Shown piece by piece: positions 1-10,150 of a stretch of DNA of 64,000 bases; positions within the stretch are counted from its first letter, which is position 1, and every line of letters begins with the position of its first letter. The stretch covers positions 288,001 to 352,000 of the forward strand of contig CAWEWF010000004.1 of NCBI GenBank assembly GCA_963812605.1. Direction: 5' to 3'. The notes beneath the pieces were generated by a model. That model worked only from the letters and a program-made list of their open reading frames with translations. It ran no database searches and was not told the DNA's origin. The DNA comes from an uncultured Verrucomicrobiae bacterium. GTDB lineage: Bacteria; Verrucomicrobiota; Verrucomicrobiia; Palsa-1439. The translations under genes were made by a program, and so were the position numbers.

Positions 1-1795
<1,795 letters not shown>

Positions 1796-1816
1796 TGGCC
1801 CTCTGGAGAGATCCTC

Positions 1817-2374
1817 ATGTCTGATTGGCGATTAACCCCGCAGAACACCGCCCTCGTGGTCATCGACGTGCAGGAGAAGCTCATGAACGTCATGCCGCGG
1901 CGCACGGAGTTGCTCGCGGCGATCCAGAAACTCGTCGGCGCGGCGCGCGTATTGCAACTGCCAACGCTGGTCACGGCGCAATACATCAAGGGCCTCGGCC
2001 CGGTCTGCGGGGAGATTGTAGGGACATCGCAGGCAGGGACGCCTGCGCCACCAATTGAGAAGATGACGTTCTCGTGCTGTGGTTCCGAGGAATTCCTGCG
2101 CGCCATGAAGGATCTGCGACGGCAACGCATCATCCTCTGCGGCATCGAGGCACACGTATGCGTCCAGCAAACGGCCATCGACTTGATGAAGGATTATTTC
2201 GTCTACATCGCTGTCGACGCCATCGGCTCGCGACACGAAACCGATTGCACTATCGCTATCGAGCGCCTGCGCGATTGTGGCGCGGTCATCACCACCGTCG
2301 AGTCCGCCGTCTTCGAACTTCTCCGCGAATCCGGCACCGCCGAGTTCAAGCAGATCCTGCCGTTGTTCAAGTAA
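1817..2374 (+). CDS. Isochorismatase-family (cysteine hydrolase) protein
   Basis: LVVIDVQEKL, EKMTFSC, GIEAHVCVQQT, ESAVFELL motifs. Confidence 0.9.
   Translation: MSDWRLTPQNTALVVIDVQEKLMNVMPRRTELLAAIQKLVGAARVLQLPTLVTAQYIKGLGPVCGEIVGTSQAGTPAPPIEKMTFSCCGSEEFLRAMKDLRRQRIILCGIEAHVCVQQTAIDLMKDYFVYIAVDAIGSRHETDCTIAIERLRDCGAVITTVESAVFELLRESGTAEFKQILPLFK
2017..2052 (+). repeat. GTAG-type REP-like hairpin embedded in frame in the isochorismatase gene
   Basis: tgtag followed by stem cgcaggc(2028-2034)/gcctgcg(2041-2047), read as VGTSQAGTPAP. Confidence 0.6.
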
Positions 2375-2389
2375 TGCGCATGCGCCGGA

Positions 2390-4882
2390 TCACGGCAGCG
2401 TCAGATGTACGCGATAGAAGCGTTGCGTAAGATTGGCTGCGCCGATGTCCGAGAACTGCGTATTTCCCCCGTTCCCCAGGACGTTACCGGCGAGAACCAA
2501 CCAATTGCTGGACGTTAAATCATCGGTGTATTCGACAGCGTAAGTTTTCCCACTCATGCAACCGAAACTGATCACAACATCCGCGCCTGAGAAGTTCAGG
2601 CCAGGTATTTCGAGGACACTGCCCGCGTCGAGATAGGTGCCGTGGTTGATAAATCCGCCAGGAAAATGCGCGAAACCGTTGACGATATCGATCGTGCCAT
2701 TATTGACAACCGGTCCGAGGAATTCGATATCGGCGTTGTTGGTGGCAACGATTGTCGAACTGTTCGTGACGATCCCCTTGAGGGTAAGCGTCCCGCCAGG
2801 GCAGGTGACCGCCAGAGTTCCGGAGTTATTGATGCTTCCGATGATCGTGCCGCAACCGCTGACCGAAGTACCGGCAGAAATGCTGAGCAGGTCCGTCAGG
2901 ACAACCCCTTGTTGGAGAACGATCTGCCCGTGTTGGAGTTGGATCTGGCCAGCGCCTCCGTTGGTGATGGTGAGTGATCCGGCCACGGTAACAAAATTGC
3001 TGGGGCCGCTAGTTCCGCCAGCGATGAACAGTTGCCTGGCATCGACAGAACCCCCGACGCCGATGGCCAAATTGTTGTTGTCAGAACCCAAGCCGAAATA
3101 GAGTTGTCCAGTTCTTCCCCAGCGCGCGCCGTTTCCTGCGACGTTGATATTGCAACCGCTGCCGTTGACGTACACGAATTGGTTCCCGAGCAATTGTGCG
3201 CCATCGAGGATCGACAACTGGTCATAGTAGATGACGTAAAGTGTTCCGCTGTCGGTGCAGGTTGTGTTCGTACCCGTGAGTGTTACTTTCGACCCGTAAT
3301 CCAGTGTGAAACCGCCATTCAGCGCCGCGCCATTGCTGACGATCAGCGCGTTGTTCGTATTCCCATAGGAGCCAATGTCGAAACCTCCATCCACATGGGT
3401 ACCCGACCCGCTAAGGAGAATGAGGTTGTCGCTTCCGCTCAAAATTGAGGCACCACCGTTTATGTACGCTCCGTCGGTGACGGAAACCACGTTGCTCGAG
3501 CTATAAATATACATCTGCGCATTGGACCACGCCGAACCGGTTCCCAGAATCGAGATCGTGTTCCCACCCACGGGGTTCTCGTACCCAATTGTTGTCTGAC
3601 CGGAGGTGATCAAGATCGCGCCAGCACGGACAGTCACGCGATTATTACCGGATTTGCTACCGTACGCCCCGATGATAAACGGGCCGGAATCGGTAAGGCG
3701 CGAATTCTGACCGGCGATGGTGAGCACATTGCTACTGGTGTAACTGCTGATGTTGGTGCTCCCAATAACTTGTGAGCCGCCTTCGATGTCCAACTCATTG
3801 CCGTCCCCGTAGTAACCGACAGCCAACAAACCTGCGTTGCTCCACACGGAACCATCAGCGACGGTGAGAACATTCGGATCCTTGATATTTGGGTAATAGC
3901 TGTCGATGACAAGTCCTCCGCTGATCACACGGGCTCCATTGGTGACGGTAATGGTGTTTCCCGGACTGCTGACGTAGAAATACGAAGTGATCTGCCACAG
4001 AGTGTTTGTATCGGTGACCAGCACCGTATTATTACTCGCCGGCCAGTTGCCAATGATAACACCTGAGTCGTTGGCCACTGCACCAGCGCTGATCGCGATT
4101 TGGTTGTTGGTCCCTTGAGAATAACCAAATGCGAGAAGGCCGGTATTGCTCCACAGGGTATTGCTCCCGGTGATCGTGATAATATTTGCCCCGTTATCGA
4201 CTGAGGCACCATTGCAAATGAACTTCGCGCCTCCACTCAGCATGAACTGATTGCCGGGGCCATAGGCCCCCATCACAAACGAGCCGTTATCGACCAGCCG
4301 CGAGTTGGAACCGTCCACGATAATGGCGTTGTTCGATGAAGCGGGGTACGTGCTCAGCCAAACAGAATTATTGCTCAGCACCTGCCCACCATTAAGAACC
4401 TGAAGCTGGTTCCCTGCTCCGGCATTACCGACCTCGAGAGAGCCGCTATTACTCCAGACTGAGTTCGTTCCTGTGACAAGCACCTGGTTGCTACTGCCGT
4501 GCCACGTGTCGCCGATAACGGAAAGCATCGTGCTCGTCAAAAGTGCACCGTTCGAAACAATCAGCGTGTTTCCAGCGGAAGTTTCCCCGATATACATACC
4601 GTATGGGGAGGCAATCCATGCCGAATTCGTGCCCGTTACCAAGGCGGTATTATTGCTGGCCGCGATTGCATTCCCCAGAATTCCATCGCCGCATGTGACC
4701 ACCCCTCCACTATTGATTTCGAGATAGTTGAGGCTACCGGTATTGCCAATGATAAAATCGCTGCCGGCATTCGTGGATATGCCGCTGACTATATTCGTCG
4801 TAAAGCTCTCGGCACGAGACGATGCGCATCGACCGCAATGAAGACATAACACCACCACGACACGGCAGAACCATCTCTTCAC
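2390..4882 (-). CDS. Secreted beta-helix protein with T5SS/PEP-CTERM-associated-type repeats and a C-terminal ...RFYRVHLTLP domain
   Basis: GTG at 4882 after SD aggagg; signal-peptide-like N-terminus; repeated 'V.G.NS.W.N.G.L.VG...GN.L.I..G' units; the longer ORF-track start overlaps the divergent gene and is unlikely. Confidence 0.8.
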   Translation of the reverse strand: MKRWFCRVVVVLCLHCGRCASSRAESFTTNIVSGISTNAGSDFIIGNTGSLNYLEINSGGVVTCGDGILGNAIAASNNTALVTGTNSAWIASPYGMYIGETSAGNTLIVSNGALLTSTMLSVIGDTWHGSSNQVLVTGTNSVWSNSGSLEVGNAGAGNQLQVLNGGQVLSNNSVWLSTYPASSNNAIIVDGSNSRLVDNGSFVMGAYGPGNQFMLSGGAKFICNGASVDNGANIITITGSNTLWSNTGLLAFGYSQGTNNQIAISAGAVANDSGVIIGNWPASNNTVLVTDTNTLWQITSYFYVSSPGNTITVTNGARVISGGLVIDSYYPNIKDPNVLTVADGSVWSNAGLLAVGYYGDGNELDIEGGSQVIGSTNISSYTSSNVLTIAGQNSRLTDSGPFIIGAYGSKSGNNRVTVRAGAILITSGQTTIGYENPVGGNTISILGTGSAWSNAQMYIYSSSNVVSVTDGAYINGGASILSGSDNLILLSGSGTHVDGGFDIGSYGNTNNALIVSNGAALNGGFTLDYGSKVTLTGTNTTCTDSGTLYVIYYDQLSILDGAQLLGNQFVYVNGSGCNINVAGNGARWGRTGQLYFGLGSDNNNLAIGVGGSVDARQLFIAGGTSGPSNFVTVAGSLTITNGGAGQIQLQHGQIVLQQGVVLTDLLSISAGTSVSGCGTIIGSINNSGTLAVTCPGGTLTLKGIVTNSSTIVATNNADIEFLGPVVNNGTIDIVNGFAHFPGGFINHGTYLDAGSVLEIPGLNFSGADVVISFGCMSGKTYAVEYTDDLTSSNWLVLAGNVLGNGGNTQFSDIGAANLTQRFYRVHLTLP

Positions 4883-5011
4883 GCACGCCTCCTTGTTGGT
4901 GGCGCTTGTATCCCAAGCGCGACGGGAATACCAGCTCAATGTCCTCAGCGCAACCGGTGTGTTCTCACGTTTTGGCTTGATAAGGACGGCGCCATCCTCC
5001 AATTGTTCGTC

Positions 5012-5713
5012 ATGAAGACGCCTATTCTCATCCTCTCCCTGGCAGTGGCCTTTGGCTTGAATGGTTGTTGCGATTATCGGACGAGTTATTCGGCGAGGGT
5101 TTCCTCGACCTTCCCCGCGGATTACAAAGGCCAGCCATTCTCCGACACGGTCTATAAGGGTGGCCCCCAGGCCATTCCCGGACGGATCGAATGCGCTTAC
5201 TTCGACCTGGGCGGCGAGGGCGTGGCGTATCACGATGTCGATGCCATCAATCATGGCAGTGGCGAACTCAATCTGCTACCCGACCATCAGCGACCGCACG
5301 CGACGCCTTATATCTGGGGATTCCGGAAGGAGGAAGGCATGGATATTTCTTACACCAAGGATTTTGCGGACTTCAATCATCCGAATTTTTTCACCCCGGA
5401 AACCAACCAACTTTATATCGGTTGGACGGACGATGGCGAATGGTGCAACTACACGGTAAACGTGAGGAAAGCGGGGACGTATTCCATCACGGCCCTATAC
5501 AGCAACGAACCGAAAACAATCAACTTCTCCGTCGACAACAAACCGGCCAGCGAATGCAAACTCCCCATGGCCACCGGGAGCTGGCATATCTGGAACAAGG
5601 CGGAGATTGGAACGATCACTTTCGCTGAAGCCGGGCTGCATTTGTTGACCTTGCATTACAACGCCGGAAATAACTTCGCGTATTTCGATTTTGCACCGGT
5701 CAAGCATCAATGA
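5012..5713 (+). CDS. Lipoprotein with carbohydrate-binding module (CBM6-like)
   Basis: MKTPILILSLAVAFGLNGC lipobox-like signal; IPGRIECAYFDLGGEGVAYHD and YIGWTDDGEWCNYTVNV motifs. Confidence 0.8.
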   Translation: MKTPILILSLAVAFGLNGCCDYRTSYSARVSSTFPADYKGQPFSDTVYKGGPQAIPGRIECAYFDLGGEGVAYHDVDAINHGSGELNLLPDHQRPHATPYIWGFRKEEGMDISYTKDFADFNHPNFFTPETNQLYIGWTDDGEWCNYTVNVRKAGTYSITALYSNEPKTINFSVDNKPASECKLPMATGSWHIWNKAEIGTITFAEAGLHLLTLHYNAGNNFAYFDFAPVKHQ

Positions 5714-5943
5714 TGATGGCGAGGGCCGACGCAGCCGCAACCGCCGGGGCGGGCGCACGGCTGTTGGGCAGACGCTGAACCCGACGCGGGGCCGGCGCCC
5801 TGCGCGGCGAAAACCGAAAGTTTTTTCGTCAGCTTCTTCGAGCCACAATGGGGGCACTCGACGGCGCCTTCCCACCGGACCGAGCGCACAAGCGACTCAA
5901 AATCCTTCTCACACTTGCTGCAGGAAAATTCGTAAAGCGGCAT
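5707..5943 (-). CDS. FmdB-family zinc-ribbon protein
   Basis: MPLYEFSCSKC...CPHCGS..KKLS.F pattern. Confidence 0.9.
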   Translation of the reverse strand: MPLYEFSCSKCEKDFESLVRSVRWEGAVECPHCGSKKLTKKLSVFAAQGAGPASGSASAQQPCARPGGCGCVGPRHHH

Positions 5944-5964
5944 CGCCTTCTCCCTTCCAAAATA

Positions 5965-6405
5965 CTATTGCGCGGTGGAATCCAAAAGCTGCTTCATTTC
6001 CGGGCTGGGCTCTTTGCGCGGGGCCTGTATCTGCCGGATATGGCTTTGGGTGATTTCCTTGTGGAACGGAATCCCGAGGAGGGGCTGGACATAGTCCACC
6101 GTGATGGTGACGAGCTTGTTGACAAACGTCACGTCAAGACGATTGCCGACCAGGTGCTGCGCCTCCGTCCGTTGCTCCGTGTCCTCATATTTGATGTGGA
6201 TGTCTTCGGGCTTCAGGTCGATGCCCATCTTTGTCGCGTCGTTGACGAGGTCCTGTTTGACGGAATCCATCGAGTTTTCATCGACGAAATTGAGTTCATG
6301 GTCGACCCGCTCCGCAAAATCGCCATTCGTCTTGAACTGCTTCATCGCGGTGAGGCCCGCGTAGCCGATCAAGAAAACCACCACGAGTGCAATCATGACT
6401 TTCAT
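5965..6405 (-). CDS. Hypothetical membrane-anchored protein
   Basis: N-terminal hydrophobic helix; translationally coupled to rnhC (4-nt overlap). Confidence 0.75.
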   Translation of the reverse strand: MKVMIALVVVFLIGYAGLTAMKQFKTNGDFAERVDHELNFVDENSMDSVKQDLVNDATKMGIDLKPEDIHIKYEDTEQRTEAQHLVGNRLDVTFVNKLVTITVDYVQPLLGIPFHKEITQSHIRQIQAPRKEPSPEMKQLLDSTAQ

Positions 6406-7328
6406 TTTGGCGCTCCTTCCAAAACTTTCTGCGTTGTGCGGAAATGCGTCTTGGCCACCTTGCGCAGCACGTCGCCTCCGTGTTTCGCCACGAGTTGAAA
6501 GCCGGCCTCCTGGACCGCCGTCGACGCGCCCTTGGGCAACTCCACGCCATATTCCTTGCCCAGTTTGCGCAAGCGCATGACGAACCCTTCGCGCGCAATA
6601 ATCGATGCCGCCGCGACGGCCAGGTCACTCTCGGCCTTGTGCCGTTGCACCAACTGGATCTTTCGCCCGCGTTCCATCAGGGCCTTTTCGATAATACGCT
6701 TGTTGCCGAACTGGTCGGATATCGCCTTCGGGCTGTCCACGCGCGCCAGCAGGTTCTCTATCACCCGGGCGTGGCCCCAGCCCAGAATATCGTTCACGTT
6801 ACGCATCCTCGCATGCAATTCATTATACTTCTCCGGGCCGATGGCGACAACATCCGTCACACACCCCGGCGTCGCGCGAATCTGTTTCGCGACCTCGGTG
6901 ATCCGCGCGTCGCTCTTGATCAATTTACTGTCTCGCACGCCGATTTCCATCATATTTCGCGCGGCCGCCTCGTTCAAGAACGCGCCCGCGATCACCAGCG
7001 GCCCGAAGAAATCGCCTTTCCCGCTTTCGTCCACGCCGATGCGCGGCTCCAACATCGTCGGGTCGAGAATGTGCTCGTACCCGAGTCGCGCTTCGCCCAG
7101 CAATTGCGGTTCGAGGTAGAACTGTATGAAATCCGTCGTCCCCTTCCCCTGGATGACCAGCTTGCCGCTGGTGTAAACGGCGATGTTGACCTTCTCGCTG
7201 TCGGACATCGCCCCGAAATGGGCGTACGGGACCTCGCGGAAATCGTAGCCGCGCGCCTGCAAGTCGCGTTTCAACTGCGGAATCTTGTCAGCATCCAGCA
7301 AACACGTGTAGGATGTGCGCTCGGCCAT
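6402..7328 (-). CDS. rnhC: Ribonuclease HIII
   Basis: N-terminal TBP-like domain (VYTSGKLVIQG), IGVDESGKGDFFGPL, DSK, DQF, VAAASIIAR; ATG at 7328. Confidence 0.93.
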   Translation of the reverse strand: MAERTSYTCLLDADKIPQLKRDLQARGYDFREVPYAHFGAMSDSEKVNIAVYTSGKLVIQGKGTTDFIQFYLEPQLLGEARLGYEHILDPTMLEPRIGVDESGKGDFFGPLVIAGAFLNEAAARNMMEIGVRDSKLIKSDARITEVAKQIRATPGCVTDVVAIGPEKYNELHARMRNVNDILGWGHARVIENLLARVDSPKAISDQFGNKRIIEKALMERGRKIQLVQRHKAESDLAVAAASIIAREGFVMRLRKLGKEYGVELPKGASTAVQEAGFQLVAKHGGDVLRKVAKTHFRTTQKVLEGAPK

Positions 7329-8379
7329 GGCGACACGATTCCACATACCAACCGCGCGGGTCAATCCCGAAAGCTTTCGGGGGGTGTTCCACCGCGACCT
7401 GCTCCGCTGGTATCGACGCCATCGTCGCCAGCTTCCGTGGCGGGCCGCGCGCGACCCGTACCGCATCTGGGTGAGCGAAATCATGTTGCAACAAACACGG
7501 GTTGAAACCGTGTTGCCCTATTACGCGCGCTGGTTGCGGGCGTTCCCAACGGTACGCGCGCTGGCGCGGGCGAAGGGCGACCGGGTTTTGAAATTGTGGG
7601 AAGGGCTCGGGTATTACTCACGCGCGCGCAATCTTCATCACGCCGCGCAGACTGTCGTTCGCGAATATGGCGGCAAGCTGCCGCGGACAGCGGAAGCGTT
7701 GCGCCAACTCCCCGGGATTGGCCGCTACACGGCAGGCGCGATCGCCAGCATCGCCTTTGGGGAACGCGTGCCGCTGGTGGATGGCAACGTAGCGCGGGTC
7801 TTCGCGCGGGTCTTCGCCATCACCGCCAACATAAAGGAGCCGCGGACGCTGGAAAGCCTCTGGCAACTCGCGGAAAAGTTGCTTCCCGAACGTAACCCCG
7901 GCGATTTCAACCAGGCGCTGATGGAATTGGGCGCACTGGTGTGCACACCCACGAACCCGCGGTGCGAGACATGCCCGATGCGTCGTGTTTGCATCGCGCG
8001 GGCACGCGGGTTGGTCAATCAACTGCCGAATCGCGGGCGACCGCAAACGACAGAACAGATAATCGTGAGTGCTGCCCTCTTGCGTCGAAATGGCAGTTTA
8101 CTCATGCAACGCCGCCCCGAGCACGGGCTATTGGCCGGAATGTGGGAATTGCCGACCCTGACTCGCGGACAATTTCGCAAGGGAAAACGCGTGCTGGAGC
8201 TCCGCCACACGATCACCAACCGCCGCATCACTCTGCGCGTGTTTGAGTGCCAATGCGGAAACGCGCTGCAAGACAAGCTCACCGCCGGGTTGCGTTGGGT
8301 GTCCGCCGCGGAAATGACGCGATTGAGTTTGCCGGCCGCTCATCGGCGAGCAATCGAGCGGATTCTGTCAGCGGAGTAA
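7327..8379 (+). CDS. mutY: A/G-specific adenine glycosylase
   Basis: LPWR..DPY.IWVSEIMLQQT, WEGLGYYSRARNL, HhH LPGIGRYTA, VDGNV, 4Fe-4S C-x6-C-x2-C-x5-C, C-terminal NUDIX-like domain; exact start uncertain. Confidence 0.95.
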   Translation: MATRFHIPTARVNPESFRGVFHRDLLRWYRRHRRQLPWRAARDPYRIWVSEIMLQQTRVETVLPYYARWLRAFPTVRALARAKGDRVLKLWEGLGYYSRARNLHHAAQTVVREYGGKLPRTAEALRQLPGIGRYTAGAIASIAFGERVPLVDGNVARVFARVFAITANIKEPRTLESLWQLAEKLLPERNPGDFNQALMELGALVCTPTNPRCETCPMRRVCIARARGLVNQLPNRGRPQTTEQIIVSAALLRRNGSLLMQRRPEHGLLAGMWELPTLTRGQFRKGKRVLELRHTITNRRITLRVFECQCGNALQDKLTAGLRWVSAAEMTRLSLPAAHRRAIERILSAE

Positions 8380-8520
8380 GAAGACGGGACTGTCGGTTAC
8401 ATGCAGGAGCTTGACGAGGATATCATTTAAGAGCCGGTTCGAGAATTTCGCGTGGGTGTGCTGGCCCATGACAACGAGGTTAATCGAGGTCTTCTCGACG
8501 AAAGCAATTATTTTCCCCGC
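8368..8520 (-). pseudogene. Universal stress protein C-terminal remnant
   Basis: INLVVMGQH.....LLNDILVKLLHVTDSPVFLLR resembles the USP C-terminal motif; no N-terminal half or clear start. Confidence 0.45.
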
Positions 8521-8524
8521 CGGG

Positions 8525-9418
8525 CTACACCAGCGGCAGTTGCTCCGCGCCATCGGGGACGGTGCAGGCGCGCAAGGTGGGAAAGCGTTCCCGCAGCGAT
8601 ACCGGGGCGCGCACCACCGTGCCCGGCATCAGCCGTGCCTTCAATTGCAGCGCGTTGGAAAATGCCTTGCCGTCTTTGTGGTTGTTGAAGACCACGAATG
8701 TTTTTTTCGTCCGTGCCGTGATCTTCGTGATGTGTGCGAGCAGTTCATCCAATTCCATCGCCGAATACAAATAATCGTATCGTCCGCCAGGCGTGGCCTG
8801 CTTCTCCAGGAACCAATTTTTGGTATTACGCCCATGCACCCGAAAGTAGCCGATCTCGGTGGTCGCGTACGCGGTCGGTGGGAGGCAATGCGCCAGTGTT
8901 GGCTGGTCGATATTGCAAAACGTAATTTGCCGTTCACGAAAAAACTCGAACGTCTCATCCGCGAGCCACGAATCATGGCGCACTTCGACCGCCAGCGGCC
9001 AGTCGGCAAAAGCATCGGCAATGCTGCCCAACCAATCACGGTTCTTTGCGTCATTGCGAAACGACCACGGGAACTGAAAGAGGAGGCTATCGAGTCGCCC
9101 CGCCTCGCGCAACGGCTGCAAGCCGGTGGTGAGTAATTCGTATTCGGCTTGTGTCCAATGTGAGGATCGCTCATGCGTAAAACGCTGCCATGCCTTCGCC
9201 AGAAACCGAAACCCCGGTTGTTGATCTACCGAACGCACCCAGGCTTCTGTCGTGCGTGCCGTCGGGGGATAATAAAACGAACTGTCAACTTCCACGCAGT
9301 CCAGATACCGCGCCACAGTGCGAAGTCGCTCCCCGGCTTTGCCCGGGGGATACACCACGTTCTCCCAGTCGGGATAACTCCACCCGGCGCTGCCAACAAG
9401 TATCGCGGCTTCCATCAT
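8525..9418 (-). CDS. DUF72 domain protein
   Basis: GSAGWSYPDW, VEVDSSFY, LFQFPWSF, AVEVRHDSW, YFRVHGRN, RYDYLYS, FNNH motifs. Confidence 0.92.
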   Translation of the reverse strand: MMEAAILVGSAGWSYPDWENVVYPPGKAGERLRTVARYLDCVEVDSSFYYPPTARTTEAWVRSVDQQPGFRFLAKAWQRFTHERSSHWTQAEYELLTTGLQPLREAGRLDSLLFQFPWSFRNDAKNRDWLGSIADAFADWPLAVEVRHDSWLADETFEFFRERQITFCNIDQPTLAHCLPPTAYATTEIGYFRVHGRNTKNWFLEKQATPGGRYDYLYSAMELDELLAHITKITARTKKTFVVFNNHKDGKAFSNALQLKARLMPGTVVRAPVSLRERFPTLRACTVPDGAEQLPLV

Positions 9419-9610
9419 GGTTCGCCCTATCTTAGCGCACAACGTCCCCCAATTTGGGTTCGTTTTTCCAGAACGAACCCACCCAATTTTCCGGCCCTTC
9501 TGTCGCAACATATGTATTCATAGGTGCTTACATCAAGCACACCGACACACGACGGTGGGTTCGTTTCGCAAAAAGCATGTTTTTCGCGTCTCCTTCCTCC
9601 GCATCCGGAT

Positions 9611-9695
9611 TGTAGGGCGCGATGCCTGTCGTTCAGGTATCGCGCCGCTCCGTCCATCGAATTCTGCCGGTGTAGCAGCGCTTCTGTGAAGCGCT
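9611..9695 (+). repeat. Two GTAG-type REP-like hairpins
   Basis: tgtag-g-ggcgcgatgcctg/caggtatcgcgcc (9611-9646) and tgtag-c-agcgcttc/gaagcgct (9671-9695). Confidence 0.7.
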
Positions 9696-10067
9696 TTTCC
9701 GCTCAAACTTATTTGGACTCATGTCCCGCACCATACCATTATCGGAATCCGATGTCCAAAGGAAAGTCGTTCTCCATCCGGAAAGCTTTTCTTCCGAAAG
9801 GCCGCAACATTGCAAAAACATTACAGGACTGTAATCACCTATCGCCCCGAAGCCCTTGAATTTACTGGACATTTTGGTGTAATCATGAGGTAATGTTTCC
9901 GTGACGTTCCTTTTGGATAAGCGTAGAGGCTGGCGTCACGTGGCGTTTCCTCTCGTATTTCGTTGAGAGTCGCACAACTAGTGACGTTCCACGCATCACG
10001 CGGGTCGCACCGTCAAACGGTCCAGCACAACGCCGTCGTATTCCTGCGCCCGTCCATTCTTTCTAAT

Positions 10068-10133
10068 TGTAGGGCAAGCGCCCGCTTGCCGAATCCCCAA
10101 GCCCCGGTAGGGCGGGCTGGCCCAGCCCGCCGC
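10068..10133 (+). repeat. Two GTAG-type REP-like hairpins upstream of the surface-protein operon
   Basis: tgtagggcaagcgcccgcttgcc and ggtagggcgggctggcccagcccgcc. Confidence 0.75.
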
Positions 10134-10150
10134 AGATAGGAGAACCAATC

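Noticed and set aside
4883-5254. N-terminal extension of the 954-aa ORF
   Set aside because: Overlaps the divergent CBM lipoprotein; a good SD plus GTG and signal peptide begin at 4882.
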